Source: an uncultured Rikenellaceae bacterium
GTDB taxonomy: Bacteria; Bacteroidota; Bacteroidia; Bacteroidales; VadinHA17
Length of the DNA: 64,000 nt
NCBI GenBank assembly: GCA_964613785.1
Contig: CAZTJT010000001.1
Span: 49,869 to 113,868, forward strand
Reading direction: 5' to 3'
Positions 1 to 9,673 of this stretch are shown here, in pieces (position 1 is the first letter of the stretch; the number at the start of each line of letters is the position of its first letter). The notes under the pieces were generated by a model, which saw nothing but the letters and a program-made list of their open reading frames with translations, was not told where the DNA came from and searched no databases. Made by a program: the position numbers and the translations under genes.

Positions 1-2
1 AG

Positions 3-167
3 AATAAAAATTGGATACCTGTAGTTGACGGAACAACAATAGGTTACAAAGTGATCCGAAAGTTCCCGCTTGCCAACACCTCGAAGGTCCGACTTACTAT
101 TCTCGATTCCAAAGCTTGTCCAGTAATTTCAAACATTGAGATATTCAGGGCTCCCGGCAATCATTAG
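3..167 (+). CDS. 3' end of a glycoside hydrolase cut by the window edge (alpha-L-fucosidase-like C-terminal domain)
   Basis: Frame 3 is open from the window edge to TAG at 165-167. The translation NKNWIPVVDGTTIGYKVIRKFPLANTSKVRLTILDSKACPVISNIEIFRAPGNH resembles the C-terminal beta-sandwich of GH29 fucosidases. Recognition is from memory only. Confidence 0.4.
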   Translation, partial: NKNWIPVVDGTTIGYKVIRKFPLANTSKVRLTILDSKACPVISNIEIFRAPGNH

Positions 168-191
168 TATCAGGTAAAAGAAACGTATCCC

Positions 192-851
192 TTATTTTGA
201 AGGGAATCCTACTGTCTGTGCCAGCAATATTCTCTGCATGGGTCTAAGTCCCATCTCAGTTGCCAGCCTTTCTTTTGGGATGCTTCCTCTTATAACACAA
301 CCCAGGTTTTCAGAAGCACAGAAAAGATAAATGTTTTGTCCGATAAAAGCACAATCTGCGTATGACATGAATAGATCAGAATCATTTATCTGATCGCCCT
401 CCTTTTTACCTACTTTTATCATGTCGGCTACATAAATAAGGTTCACAGGTGCATCAGCTACAAAACCCTGGGTGCCGGAAAATTTCCTTATATCTCTGTT
501 GTGGATCTGCCTGAGGATGTTTGATTCAGCGTCATAGAGATATAGTCCCTCAGCCATTGATACATATACATCTATCTCCTGCCAGTTGACGGCTGACGGA
601 GCAGTTCTTTTTCCGTCTTCCGGCCGGTTTATACCCCATCCTGCCCAGAGCATATTGGAAATCTGCTGCAATGAAAGCTCCTCCTTTGCAAAATTCCTTG
701 TAGTGCGTCTTTCATTCAATGCCTGCATAAGAGGCTTACCACCGGTCCTGTCAGGAAGAGGCAGCGCGATATCCTGCCCAAATAGGCCTGATGGAATACA
801 GATCATTAGTATAAATGATATGAACAGCTTCTGGATTTTCAGTTCTTTCAT
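192..851 (-). CDS. SagB/ThcOx-type nitroreductase-family protein with N-terminal signal peptide
   Basis: 219-aa ORF. It has a hydrophobic N-terminus (KLFISFILMICIPSGLFGQ) followed by the nitroreductase-family pattern RRTTRNF ... LWAGWGINR. Confidence 0.7.
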   Translation of the reverse strand: MKELKIQKLFISFILMICIPSGLFGQDIALPLPDRTGGKPLMQALNERRTTRNFAKEELSLQQISNMLWAGWGINRPEDGKRTAPSAVNWQEIDVYVSMAEGLYLYDAESNILRQIHNRDIRKFSGTQGFVADAPVNLIYVADMIKVGKKEGDQINDSDLFMSYADCAFIGQNIYLFCASENLGCVIRGSIPKERLATEMGLRPMQRILLAQTVGFPSK

Positions 852-985
852 TGTAGAATAATTTTCAGTTAATAAGGCAAAGATTAAAATTAATTCAGGA
901 AGTTGGTGCAGCGTAAGATTTTTTTAACATTATTAAAATTATGTCCATTTTAAGTATCTTTCGGCGAATAACTGCATTCACTCAA

Positions 986-1798
986 ATGAAAAAAATTAAG
1001 ATTGCCATTCTCGGAGGAGGTAATATCGGCACTTCTCTTGCCCGGGGACTTATTAACTCAGAAATATGTAATTATGATGGGATTTTAATTACCGACAAAA
1101 GAGAAACGAGGCTCAGGTTCCTTAAGGATAACGGATTCAGGGTATCGACAGATAACATCGAGGCCATAAGGTTTGCCGACATCGTAACATTATCGGTTAA
1201 ACCCCAGCAATTTAAGGAGTTATCTGAAGAAATAAAGAATTCTGTGGGTAAAGAAAAGATTATAATGTCAACAATAACCGGAATAACATTCAGTGATCTT
1301 GAAAGGCACCTTGGCAGAAAGGAATTTATAAGGATAATGCCTAACACTGCTCTTGAGTTGAGTGAATCAATGACCTGCATTTCATTTAATAATACTGACC
1401 CTGAAACGGAGCGATCAGTACTTTCAATATTTGACAGGCTCGGGAAAACATTGGTAATACCTGAGGATCAGATGAGTGCAGCTACGGTCATAGGAGCATG
1501 TGGAATAGCATTCGCCCTTAGATTCATGAGAGCCATGTCGCAGGGAGGCATCGAGATAGGTTTCAATGCAGAGATTTCCCAGCTTATCACCGCACAGACA
1601 GTTAAAGGCGCTGCCCGCCTAATGCTTGAGACTTCAAATCATCCGGAAGGCGAGATTGACAAGGTGACCACGCCCCAGGGTATCACAATTTCCGGGCTCA
1701 ACGAAATGGAGCACCGGGGACTTAGCTCTGCTGTAATTCGCGGATTGATGACATCATTCAATAAACTTGAGAATATGCTTTCCGGATCCGGGAAATAA
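986..1798 (+). CDS. proC: pyrroline-5-carboxylate reductase
   Basis: The start MKKIKIAILGGGNIGTSLARGL is a Rossmann GxGxxG. The C-terminal motif is TTPQGITISGLNEME. I prefer the internal ATG at 986 over the track start at 941. Confidence 0.85.
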   Translation: MKKIKIAILGGGNIGTSLARGLINSEICNYDGILITDKRETRLRFLKDNGFRVSTDNIEAIRFADIVTLSVKPQQFKELSEEIKNSVGKEKIIMSTITGITFSDLERHLGRKEFIRIMPNTALELSESMTCISFNNTDPETERSVLSIFDRLGKTLVIPEDQMSAATVIGACGIAFALRFMRAMSQGGIEIGFNAEISQLITAQTVKGAARLMLETSNHPEGEIDKVTTPQGITISGLNEMEHRGLSSAVIRGLMTSFNKLENMLSGSGK

Positions 1799-1848
1799 AA
1801 TGTCCTGTGCTGAAAGCTCCATCATAAATTCTGTTCAATTAGAGTCTA

Positions 1849-3084
1849 ATGGCATTAAATTACATCTGGATAGCATTTTTCATCATTGGCTTCACAGTAG
1901 CACTTGGCAAGCTGATATTTACAGGGAATATGCAGATATTTACTGATCTGGTAAATGCGGTATTTTCAAATGCAAAGACGGGGTTTGAAATCTCACTGGG
2001 GCTTACAGGTGCTCTCACCCTGTGGATGGGATTGCTTAAGGTAGGGGAGAAAGGCGGTGTGGTCAACCTTCTTGGCAGAGCCATCGGTCCGTTGTTTGAA
2101 AGACTTTTTCCCGGACTTCCCAAAGGCCATCCTGCCTACGGTTCCATAATGCTCAACATAGCTGCCAACATGCTGAACCTCGATAATGCCGCTACTCCGG
2201 TGGGATTGAAAGCCATGAAGGAAATGCAGGAAGCCAATCCCGACAAGGAAACTGCTTCCAATGCTCAGATAATGTTCCTTGTACTAAATGCATCAGGGCT
2301 GACAATCATTCCGGTAAGTGTTATTGTTTACAGGATCCAAATGGGAGCGGCAAATCCGGCCGACATTTTTATTCCCATCCTGATCTCAACATTCTGCGCA
2401 CTAATGACCGGATTGCTTAGTGTCGCTATTATTCAGAAAATAAACCTTTTTGACAGAATCGTGATAACCTATCTCGGCGGCCTTACCGCGATTGTCGCAG
2501 GAATAATTATTTATTTCACAAAATTGCCGAAGGATCAGATTTCAAATGTCTCAACTTTTGCTGCGAACTTTATTCTTATTTCTGTTATAGTCCTTTTCAT
2601 CATCCTGGCTTTTATCAAAAAAGTAAATGTTTATGATGCTTTTATTGAGGGTGCCAAGGAGGGCTTTAATATTGCGATCAGGATAATACCTTTTCTGGTT
2701 GCAATCCTGGTTGCTATTGGTATTTTCAGGGCATCGGGAGCAATGGATTTTATCATCTCTGGTATAACACGTTTCTTTGAATGGATCGGAGTTGACACTG
2801 ATTTTACGGGAGCCCTTCCGGTTGCCTTTATGAAACCCCTCAGCGGCAGCGGGGCGAGGGGACTAATGGTTGATGCCATGGCTACTTACGGACCTGATTC
2901 ATTTATAGGAAGGCTGGCTTGTACTATGCAGGGGACAACAGATACAACATTTTACATCATTGCTGTCTATTTCGGATCGGTTGGTATTAAAAATACCAGG
3001 TATGCAATAGGCTGCGGTCTCCTGGCCGATCTTGCGGGCTTTACGGCAGCGATCCTTGTAGCTTATCTCTTTTTTGGACAATGA
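1849..3084 (+). CDS. nucleoside-recognition-domain membrane protein (fused SpmA/SpmB-like)
   Basis: 411-aa polytopic membrane ORF with the two-halved SpmA/SpmB-like organisation. Confidence 0.65.
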   Translation: MALNYIWIAFFIIGFTVALGKLIFTGNMQIFTDLVNAVFSNAKTGFEISLGLTGALTLWMGLLKVGEKGGVVNLLGRAIGPLFERLFPGLPKGHPAYGSIMLNIAANMLNLDNAATPVGLKAMKEMQEANPDKETASNAQIMFLVLNASGLTIIPVSVIVYRIQMGAANPADIFIPILISTFCALMTGLLSVAIIQKINLFDRIVITYLGGLTAIVAGIIIYFTKLPKDQISNVSTFAANFILISVIVLFIILAFIKKVNVYDAFIEGAKEGFNIAIRIIPFLVAILVAIGIFRASGAMDFIISGITRFFEWIGVDTDFTGALPVAFMKPLSGSGARGLMVDAMATYGPDSFIGRLACTMQGTTDTTFYIIAVYFGSVGIKNTRYAIGCGLLADLAGFTAAILVAYLFFGQ

Positions 3085-3137
3085 GTTACCATAGTTTATT
3101 TACATAGAATCAAAATTTGTAAATCTTACTTAACCTC

Positions 3138-4469
3138 ATGAGTATCCCTGTTATTTCGATATTGGTAATAATTAGTATAATAGCTATTATTTTCCTGACT
3201 TCTTCACTGAAACTCCATGCTTTCATTGCGCTTTTTGTGGTTTCGGTGTTTCTGGCACTGGCGGTATTACCTGCCGATACCATTATCAAAACCATAAAAG
3301 AGGGTTTCGGTTCTACAATGGGATCGATAGGATTCCTGATTATTTTCGGCGCAATAATTGGAATAACCCTCGATAAGACCGGAGGAACACTGAGTATTGC
3401 AAGATACATTCTTTCCAGGACTGGAGAGAAAAAGAGTGCCGCGGCAATAGGTATCACCGGGTTTATTACCGGATTACCGATATTTTGCGACTCTGGCTTT
3501 ATAATTCTCAGCGGACTGGCAAAATCCTTCAGTATCAGATCGGGGAGTGCTACTGCATTCATGGTAACCGTTCTGGCTACATCTCTTTATTCAGTGCATT
3601 GCCTGATACCTCCTCACCCGGGTGCGCTGGCAGCTGCAGGAATGCTCGAAGCCAATATTGGTTATCTGGTAATGATGGGAATAGTATTTGCCATTCCCGG
3701 GGCATTGGCTGCATATTTTTGGAGCAGGTTACTAACAAAAGGCAGTAAGCCGGAGAAGGTTGAATCGTCTGATAATTACGAAAAGCAATCAATAAATGAT
3801 CTTCCTCCGGTATTCCTGTCATTTTTGCCGATAGTTGTACCGCTTCTTCTTATCACTGTTAAATCGCTGACCTCTATCGGCGACAGGACGGGAGAAAGCC
3901 TTGTGTCGCGTATCTTTGCGTTTCCCGGTGAGCCTGTTATCGCATTATTTACAGGCGTGCTTCTGTCGCTGCTTCTTGTTAAAAAAAGAGATATTCCTTC
4001 TTTGAATGCTCTATTCTCAGAAGCTGTTGTTAAAGCAGGTCCCATACTCATTATTACAGCTGCGGGTGGAATGTTTGGACTTGTTATAAGGTCTACAGGG
4101 GTGGGAGAAGCAATGGGCGAAATTCTCGCAGACAGCAAGGCCGGGATTCTTATACCATTTCTTATTGCTGCAGTCATGAAAACCGCACAAGGATCATCAA
4201 CTGTGGCTATAATTACTGCCGCTTCTTTTGTTGCCCCTATGCTGCCGATGCTGGGGCTGGATAATGAATGGGGCAGGCTTTTTGCCATGCTGGCTATGGG
4301 ATCAGGATCAATGGTCGTTTCACACGCAAATGATTCCTTTTTCTGGGTTGTGACCAACTTTGGGGAAATAACTGTAAATGATACACTTAAGATATATAGT
4401 TCGTCGACTCTGATCATGGGAAGTGTGGTTTTTCTCTGCGTTTGGCTTGTTTCTGCTTTTGTACTTTAA
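3138..4469 (+). CDS. GntP-family anion:H+ symporter (gluconate/glycerate-type permease)
   Basis: 443-aa protein with about 12 TM segments and a GntP-like layout. It is tightly linked (3-nt gap) to the glycerate kinase gene. Confidence 0.8.
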   Translation: MSIPVISILVIISIIAIIFLTSSLKLHAFIALFVVSVFLALAVLPADTIIKTIKEGFGSTMGSIGFLIIFGAIIGITLDKTGGTLSIARYILSRTGEKKSAAAIGITGFITGLPIFCDSGFIILSGLAKSFSIRSGSATAFMVTVLATSLYSVHCLIPPHPGALAAAGMLEANIGYLVMMGIVFAIPGALAAYFWSRLLTKGSKPEKVESSDNYEKQSINDLPPVFLSFLPIVVPLLLITVKSLTSIGDRTGESLVSRIFAFPGEPVIALFTGVLLSLLLVKKRDIPSLNALFSEAVVKAGPILIITAAGGMFGLVIRSTGVGEAMGEILADSKAGILIPFLIAAVMKTAQGSSTVAIITAASFVAPMLPMLGLDNEWGRLFAMLAMGSGSMVVSHANDSFFWVVTNFGEITVNDTLKIYSSSTLIMGSVVFLCVWLVSAFVL

Positions 4470-4472
4470 ACT

Positions 4473-5792
4473 ATGAAAAATAACAGGGAGACAGCCTGGA
4501 AGATCTTTATGGAAGGCGTCAGGAGCGTCCTTCCTGAAAAGCTCATAACCAGGAATATGTTTTTGCGCGGTTCTATACTTGAGGTCGGTGATCAACAAAT
4601 TGATCTAAGAAACATTGGGAACATTTATGTAATAGGAGCGGGTAAGGCCAGTGGTGCAATGGGTCATTATGTTGAAGCAATCCTTGGAGATCGCATAGCT
4701 AATGGGCATATTGTCGTCAAATATGGTTATGCATGCAAACTTAAGCGGATAAAAGTATCTGAAGCGGGTCATCCTATACCTGATTCAAACAGTTTCAGAG
4801 CTGCAGATGAGATTATTAGTATAGCCAGAAAGGCTGAAGAGAGGGATCTTGTCATCTGCCTTATTTCAGGAGGTGGTTCGGCACTGTTGACAGACCTTCC
4901 GGAAGGCCTTATTCCTGAGGAACTGTATATCGTTAACAATCTTCTTACAAAATGTGGGGCTTCCATCAATGAGATAAACACTGTTAGAAAACATCTTTCA
5001 GGGATTAAGGGAGGACAGCTTGCCAGGATAGTCTATCCTGCCCGGCTGATAACACTGATAATCTCCGATGTTATCGGTAATCCTCTTGATGTGATTGCAT
5101 CGGGTCCCACAGTCGCTGATACTTCTACTTTTGAAGATGCTATCAGGGTCATTGAGAAATACAGGCTTACTACAGATGTAACTCTTGGTGTGATGAAGTT
5201 TCTTAACGATGGCAGGCTCGGATTACATCCCGAGACCCCAAAACCTGGTGACCCGGTGTTTTCAGGTCAGTTGAATTTTATTTGCGGCACCAACAGGATT
5301 GCACTTGAAGCTGCAAGAAATTTTGCCGAGCAGAACGGATTTAATGCCAGCATTGTAACCGATTCTATGCAGGAGGATGTTGAATCGGCTGCTGAACTGA
5401 TATACAATAAGGCAGTTGAATGCAGGGCAAACAAGGAAATAAAAAAACCTGTTTGCCTTATCTTCGGTGGTGAAACCACAGTCAGGGTAGCAGAAGGAGG
5501 CACGGGTGGCAGGAACCAGCATCTGGCCCTGTCTCTGGCCCTGCGACTGCAGGACATGCCCGGTATAACGATACTTTCAGCCGGAACAGACGGCACAGAT
5601 GGACCTACAGATGCAGCTGGCGCAGTTATCGATTCTGATACCCTGCGGCAGGCTGAAAAATTGATGATCGATCCTGTAAAATATCTTGCCGCTTTTGATT
5701 CCTATAATTTTTTCAAGAGGACAGGCGGTCATTTAATAACAGGTCCGACTTTTACCAATGTGATGGATATGGCTGTTGTACTTGTTGAATAG
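4473..5792 (+). CDS. glycerate 2-kinase (DUF4147/MOFRL family)
   Basis: 439 aa. Motifs GAGKASGAMG and LISGGGSALL, plus the C-terminal MOFRL-like GGETTV...GGRNQHLALS...GTDGTDGPTDAAGA. Confidence 0.8.
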   Translation: MKNNRETAWKIFMEGVRSVLPEKLITRNMFLRGSILEVGDQQIDLRNIGNIYVIGAGKASGAMGHYVEAILGDRIANGHIVVKYGYACKLKRIKVSEAGHPIPDSNSFRAADEIISIARKAEERDLVICLISGGGSALLTDLPEGLIPEELYIVNNLLTKCGASINEINTVRKHLSGIKGGQLARIVYPARLITLIISDVIGNPLDVIASGPTVADTSTFEDAIRVIEKYRLTTDVTLGVMKFLNDGRLGLHPETPKPGDPVFSGQLNFICGTNRIALEAARNFAEQNGFNASIVTDSMQEDVESAAELIYNKAVECRANKEIKKPVCLIFGGETTVRVAEGGTGGRNQHLALSLALRLQDMPGITILSAGTDGTDGPTDAAGAVIDSDTLRQAEKLMIDPVKYLAAFDSYNFFKRTGGHLITGPTFTNVMDMAVVLVE

Positions 5793-5847
5793 CCGGTCTC
5801 CAATTATTTATTAAAAGATTGTTTGTAAACATTAAAAAAATCAAAAT

Positions 5848-6876
5848 ATGAAAGCCCTTGTCCTGGAAGAATATAATAAACTTGTCTATAGAGATTTTCC
5901 TGATCCTGCGATACTACCGAATGAAGTGCTCGTCAGGATCAGGGCATGCGGGATATGCGGGTCAGATGTGCATGGTTTAGATGGCAGCACAGGCAGGAGG
6001 ATTCCCCCTATAATTATGGGTCATGAAGCATCAGGGGAAATTATTGAGACAGGTAGGGAAGTTATCGGATGGTCTAAAGGAGACAGAGTTACCTTCGATT
6101 CAACAGTATATCCTCTTAACGACTGGTACACCCTGAATGGATTTTACAATCTCAGCGACAATAGAGAGGTTTTTGGAGTCTCTCCCGGTAATTACAGGAG
6201 GCATGGCGCATTCGCCGAATACCTTGCTGTGCCTCAGCATATCCTTTATAAGATCTCCGACAATGTTACATTTGAACAGGCCGCGATGGTTGAAGCAGCC
6301 GCCGTGGCCTTTCATGCAATAAGAATTTCCGGGATGCATGCCGGCAACACCTGTGCAGTATTGGGTTCCGGATCAATCGGAATTTTTATTATTAAGCTTC
6401 TTAAAGTCTCCGGTGCCGGAAAAATCATTGCCATTGACAATAATCAGGCTAAACTTGCCAATGCCATTGTGAATGGATCTGATGCCGCCTTTGATCCGGG
6501 TGGGGATCCTGAGGAGGCAATTAAGAAACTTACCGATTCCAGAGGTGCAGATATTGTTTTTGAAGCTGCAGGTCAGGAAGAGACGGTCAATCTCGCTGTT
6601 GACTGCGTAAGAAAAGGAGGGACGGTGGCTTTGATAGGAAATACCTCAAGAATGGTTGAATTTCCTTTGCAGAAAGCCGTCACAAAGGAGATAAAATTGC
6701 AGGGCAGCTGCGCTATCAGGGGTGAATATGATGTCATATTAAAACTGCTGGAAGGCAGGCAGCTTATTGTTGACGACCAGATCTCGGCAGTCGTCCCTCT
6801 TAAAGACGGAGCTGCCTGGTTCGAAAAGCTTTACAAACGAGAAGAAAACCTTAACAAGGTGATCCTTGTTCCATAG
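5848..6876 (+). CDS. zinc-dependent alcohol/polyol dehydrogenase (MDR family)
   Basis: CGICGSDVH and GHEASGEI zinc motifs. GSGSIG nucleotide-binding loop. Confidence 0.8.
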   Translation: MKALVLEEYNKLVYRDFPDPAILPNEVLVRIRACGICGSDVHGLDGSTGRRIPPIIMGHEASGEIIETGREVIGWSKGDRVTFDSTVYPLNDWYTLNGFYNLSDNREVFGVSPGNYRRHGAFAEYLAVPQHILYKISDNVTFEQAAMVEAAAVAFHAIRISGMHAGNTCAVLGSGSIGIFIIKLLKVSGAGKIIAIDNNQAKLANAIVNGSDAAFDPGGDPEEAIKKLTDSRGADIVFEAAGQEETVNLAVDCVRKGGTVALIGNTSRMVEFPLQKAVTKEIKLQGSCAIRGEYDVILKLLEGRQLIVDDQISAVVPLKDGAAWFEKLYKREENLNKVILVP

Positions 6877-6983
6877 AAATAATTCTGATGAAGCCTATAT
6901 GATTGATAAGGTGCGAACACGAATTAATATCATTCTTAATCATGTGTGGTTCCATCCGGAAATCTAAAATCAAATATTTACAG

Positions 6984-8075
6984 ATGAAAGAAAAGATTTT
7001 TAATATTTCAATAGCAGGATGTGGCAAAGTGGCGCATTTGCATGCCAGAGCAATACTTGATATCCCCTTCGCACGCCTTTCGGGCGTGTGGAGCAGGAGC
7101 CCCGAAAGTGCTGAAAAATTTGCTGCAACCTATAATACACGGCCATACAGTAATATTAAAGAAATGGTGGATGACAACAGTACTGATCTGGTAATAGTCT
7201 GTACGCCTCATCCTTTTCACAGGCAGCCGGCAGTGGAAGCAGCAAAAGCCGGTGCAAATGTTCTTGTTGAAAAACCCCTGGCTTCAAACCTTAGAGATTG
7301 TGATGAAATTATTAATGAATGCAGGAATAATAGTGTGAAGCTTGGTGTGGTCAGCCAAAGGAGATGGTATCAGCCGGTTTTGCGGGTTCGCGAAGCGATA
7401 GATAAAGGGAAAATAGGCAAACCTGTTCTCGGAACGGTTACCATGCTGGGCTGGCGCGACAAAGCTTATTATGATTCAGACGCATGGCGCGGTACATGGG
7501 ATATGGAAGGAGGAGGCGTCCTCGTTAATCAGTCTCCTCACCAGCTTGACCTCTTGTTATGGTTCATGGGCGAAGTGGAGGAGGTTTATGGAATATGGAG
7601 GAATCTTAACCACCCTTATATCGAAGTTGATGACACTGCTGTTGCCGTTGTAAAATTTAAAAGCGGAGCCGTGGGAAATATCCTTGTCAGCAATTCACAG
7701 AAACCCGGCATATACGGAAAAGTACATGTTCATGGAGAAAATGGTGCATCAGTAGGTGTACAGACAGATGGAGGCGCAATGTTCATTGCAGGAATGACAG
7801 GTGTTGCTGAACCTCCAGTAAATGACCTTTGGACCGTTCCGGGAGAAGAGAAAATGCTTGATGAATGGAACAAACTTGATGCCGCTGTATTTAATGAACA
7901 TGATCCTACTGTTTATTATATGCAATGCCAGATAGAGGATTTCCTTTGTGCTCTGAAAAATGGATCAGAACCTCTTGTCAATGGCGATGCTGGAAGGAGA
8001 ACAGTAGAATTATTTACTGCAATATACAGGTCATCCAGCGAAAATATGCCGGTCAGATTCCCGCTTGAATCCTGA
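6984..8075 (+). CDS. Gfo/Idh/MocA-family oxidoreductase
   Basis: N-terminal IAGCGKVAHLHA Rossmann segment and an EKP motif (LVEKPLA). I prefer the start at ATG 6984 over the track start at 6903. Confidence 0.8.
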   Translation: MKEKIFNISIAGCGKVAHLHARAILDIPFARLSGVWSRSPESAEKFAATYNTRPYSNIKEMVDDNSTDLVIVCTPHPFHRQPAVEAAKAGANVLVEKPLASNLRDCDEIINECRNNSVKLGVVSQRRWYQPVLRVREAIDKGKIGKPVLGTVTMLGWRDKAYYDSDAWRGTWDMEGGGVLVNQSPHQLDLLLWFMGEVEEVYGIWRNLNHPYIEVDDTAVAVVKFKSGAVGNILVSNSQKPGIYGKVHVHGENGASVGVQTDGGAMFIAGMTGVAEPPVNDLWTVPGEEKMLDEWNKLDAAVFNEHDPTVYYMQCQIEDFLCALKNGSEPLVNGDAGRRTVELFTAIYRSSSENMPVRFPLES

Positions 8076-8145
8076 TCGGTCCATGTAATTATTTAAGATT
8101 TCTGGAAAAAATTCATCACATTAGAAATATCATTAAACACAAAAT

Positions 8146-9546
8146 ATGAAAATAAAGTTCCTTGGAGCTGCCAGAGAGGTTACAGGCAGCAAAATCCTGC
8201 TGACAACTGATTCCGGAAAAAGAGTTCTCCTTGATTGCGGCATGTTCCAGGGCAAAGGCCTGGAAACTGATGCAATGAACAGGGATCTTGGATTTGACCC
8301 GGTTGATATAGATCATGTTATTCTGACTCATGCACATATTGATCATTCCGGACTTATACCTTATCTGTACAAACTCGGGTTCAGGGGATCTGTAATTTGT
8401 ACCAATGCAACACGTGACCTGTGCTCAATTATGCTTGCTGATACAGCGTTCATACAGGAACATGATACCAGAACTTTCAATAAGAAAAGAGCCAGAAAAG
8501 GACTGCCTCTGGTAACACCTTTATTCACACAGGAAGATGCACGTGATTGTATGGCATTGTTCATAGGAGTTCCTCATGAGATGAAGTTCAGAATTGACGA
8601 TAATTTGAAAGTCAGGTTTACAAATACAGGGCACATGCTCGGAAGCGGTGTGGCAAACCTGCATGTGAAAGAAAACGGTACGACCATAAGAATTGCATAT
8701 ACCGGCGATATCGGGCGACCTTCAAACCGTATTCTGCAACCTCCAAAGGATTTTCCGCAGGCGGATATACTTATTACCGAGTCAACCTACGGAGACAGAA
8801 AACATAAGACATATGATTCCGCCGATGATGAGTTACTTGGCACAGTGATTCATACATGTGTAAACAAAGGTGGCAAACTTATAATCCCTTCCTTCAGCGT
8901 AGGGCGTACGCAGGAAATAGTATATTCCCTGAATAAGTTTTTCAACGCTGGTAAACTGCCAAGAGTGGAAATCTTCGTCGACAGCCCCCTTGCAGTCAAT
9001 GCCACATCGATCTTCAGAATGCATCCGGAGTGCTTTAACAACGAGATCCTTGCTTTGATGCATACAGATCCTGATCCTTTTGGATTCAACAGCCTGACCT
9101 ATATTATCCGGCAGGAAGATTCCAAAAAACTCAATGACTACAAAAATCCCTGCATAATCATTTCCGCATCTGGAATGATGGAGGCAGGCCGGATAAAGCA
9201 CCATCTGGCAAATAACATTTCAGATCCGAAAAATTCAGTACTTATCGTTGGCTATTGTGCCCCTGCAACCCTGGGCGCAAGAATCGCCGCAGGCGAAAAG
9301 GAGGTTTCAATACACGGTAATATTTACAGGGTTAATGCAGAAATATTTGAGATAGATTCATTCAGCGGACACGGAGACTACACTGAAATGATAAAATTCC
9401 TTGGTTGCCAGGATAAAAAGTCCCTCGAAAAGATATTCCTGGTCCATGGCGAGTATGAGACCCAGATAAACTACTCGGCCACACTGCAGAAGGAAGGATT
9501 TCAGAATATCAGCATTCCTTCAATGCGGCAGGAATTTATACTGTAA
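8146..9546 (+). CDS. MBL-fold beta-CASP RNA-metabolising hydrolase
   Basis: HAHIDHSG (HxHxDH) motif, beta-CASP-like middle region and C-terminal HGE motif. 466 aa. Confidence 0.8.
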   Translation: MKIKFLGAAREVTGSKILLTTDSGKRVLLDCGMFQGKGLETDAMNRDLGFDPVDIDHVILTHAHIDHSGLIPYLYKLGFRGSVICTNATRDLCSIMLADTAFIQEHDTRTFNKKRARKGLPLVTPLFTQEDARDCMALFIGVPHEMKFRIDDNLKVRFTNTGHMLGSGVANLHVKENGTTIRIAYTGDIGRPSNRILQPPKDFPQADILITESTYGDRKHKTYDSADDELLGTVIHTCVNKGGKLIIPSFSVGRTQEIVYSLNKFFNAGKLPRVEIFVDSPLAVNATSIFRMHPECFNNEILALMHTDPDPFGFNSLTYIIRQEDSKKLNDYKNPCIIISASGMMEAGRIKHHLANNISDPKNSVLIVGYCAPATLGARIAAGEKEVSIHGNIYRVNAEIFEIDSFSGHGDYTEMIKFLGCQDKKSLEKIFLVHGEYETQINYSATLQKEGFQNISIPSMRQEFIL

Positions 9547-9635
9547 TATTGCAACGGAAAAGCTTTATCAGAAAGTAAAAAGTAGTGAATTCTGTCTCTT
9601 GGTTATGTAACTGGGCACTGAGCACTCAACTTTAG

Positions 9636-9670
9636 CTTTTACCTTTTACCTTTTTACTTTTACCTTTTAT
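9636..9670. repeat. imperfect heptanucleotide tandem repeat (CTTTTAC)x5
   Basis: Reads cttttac cttttac ctttttac ttttac cttttat, between two convergent gene ends. Confidence 0.6.
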
Positions 9671-9673
9671 ATG

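Noticed and set aside
941-985. N-terminal extensions proposed by the ORF track (941 for proC, 6903 for the Gfo/Idh/MocA gene, 32687 TTG for the M14 peptidase, 38442 for the ferredoxin subunit, 59321 TTG for gldF)
   Set aside because: In each case a downstream ATG gives the canonical family N-terminus (Rossmann loop, signal peptide, MAKV..CKGC, MPAIF). The extension either overlaps the upstream gene or adds non-homologous residues.
3110-4417. Antisense ORFs 3110-3562 (-), 3577-3822 (-) and 3776-4417 (-) inside the GntP permease gene
   Set aside because: They are fully embedded opposite a strongly supported membrane-protein gene. Their translations are low-complexity and carry no motifs. This is the typical shadow-ORF pattern.
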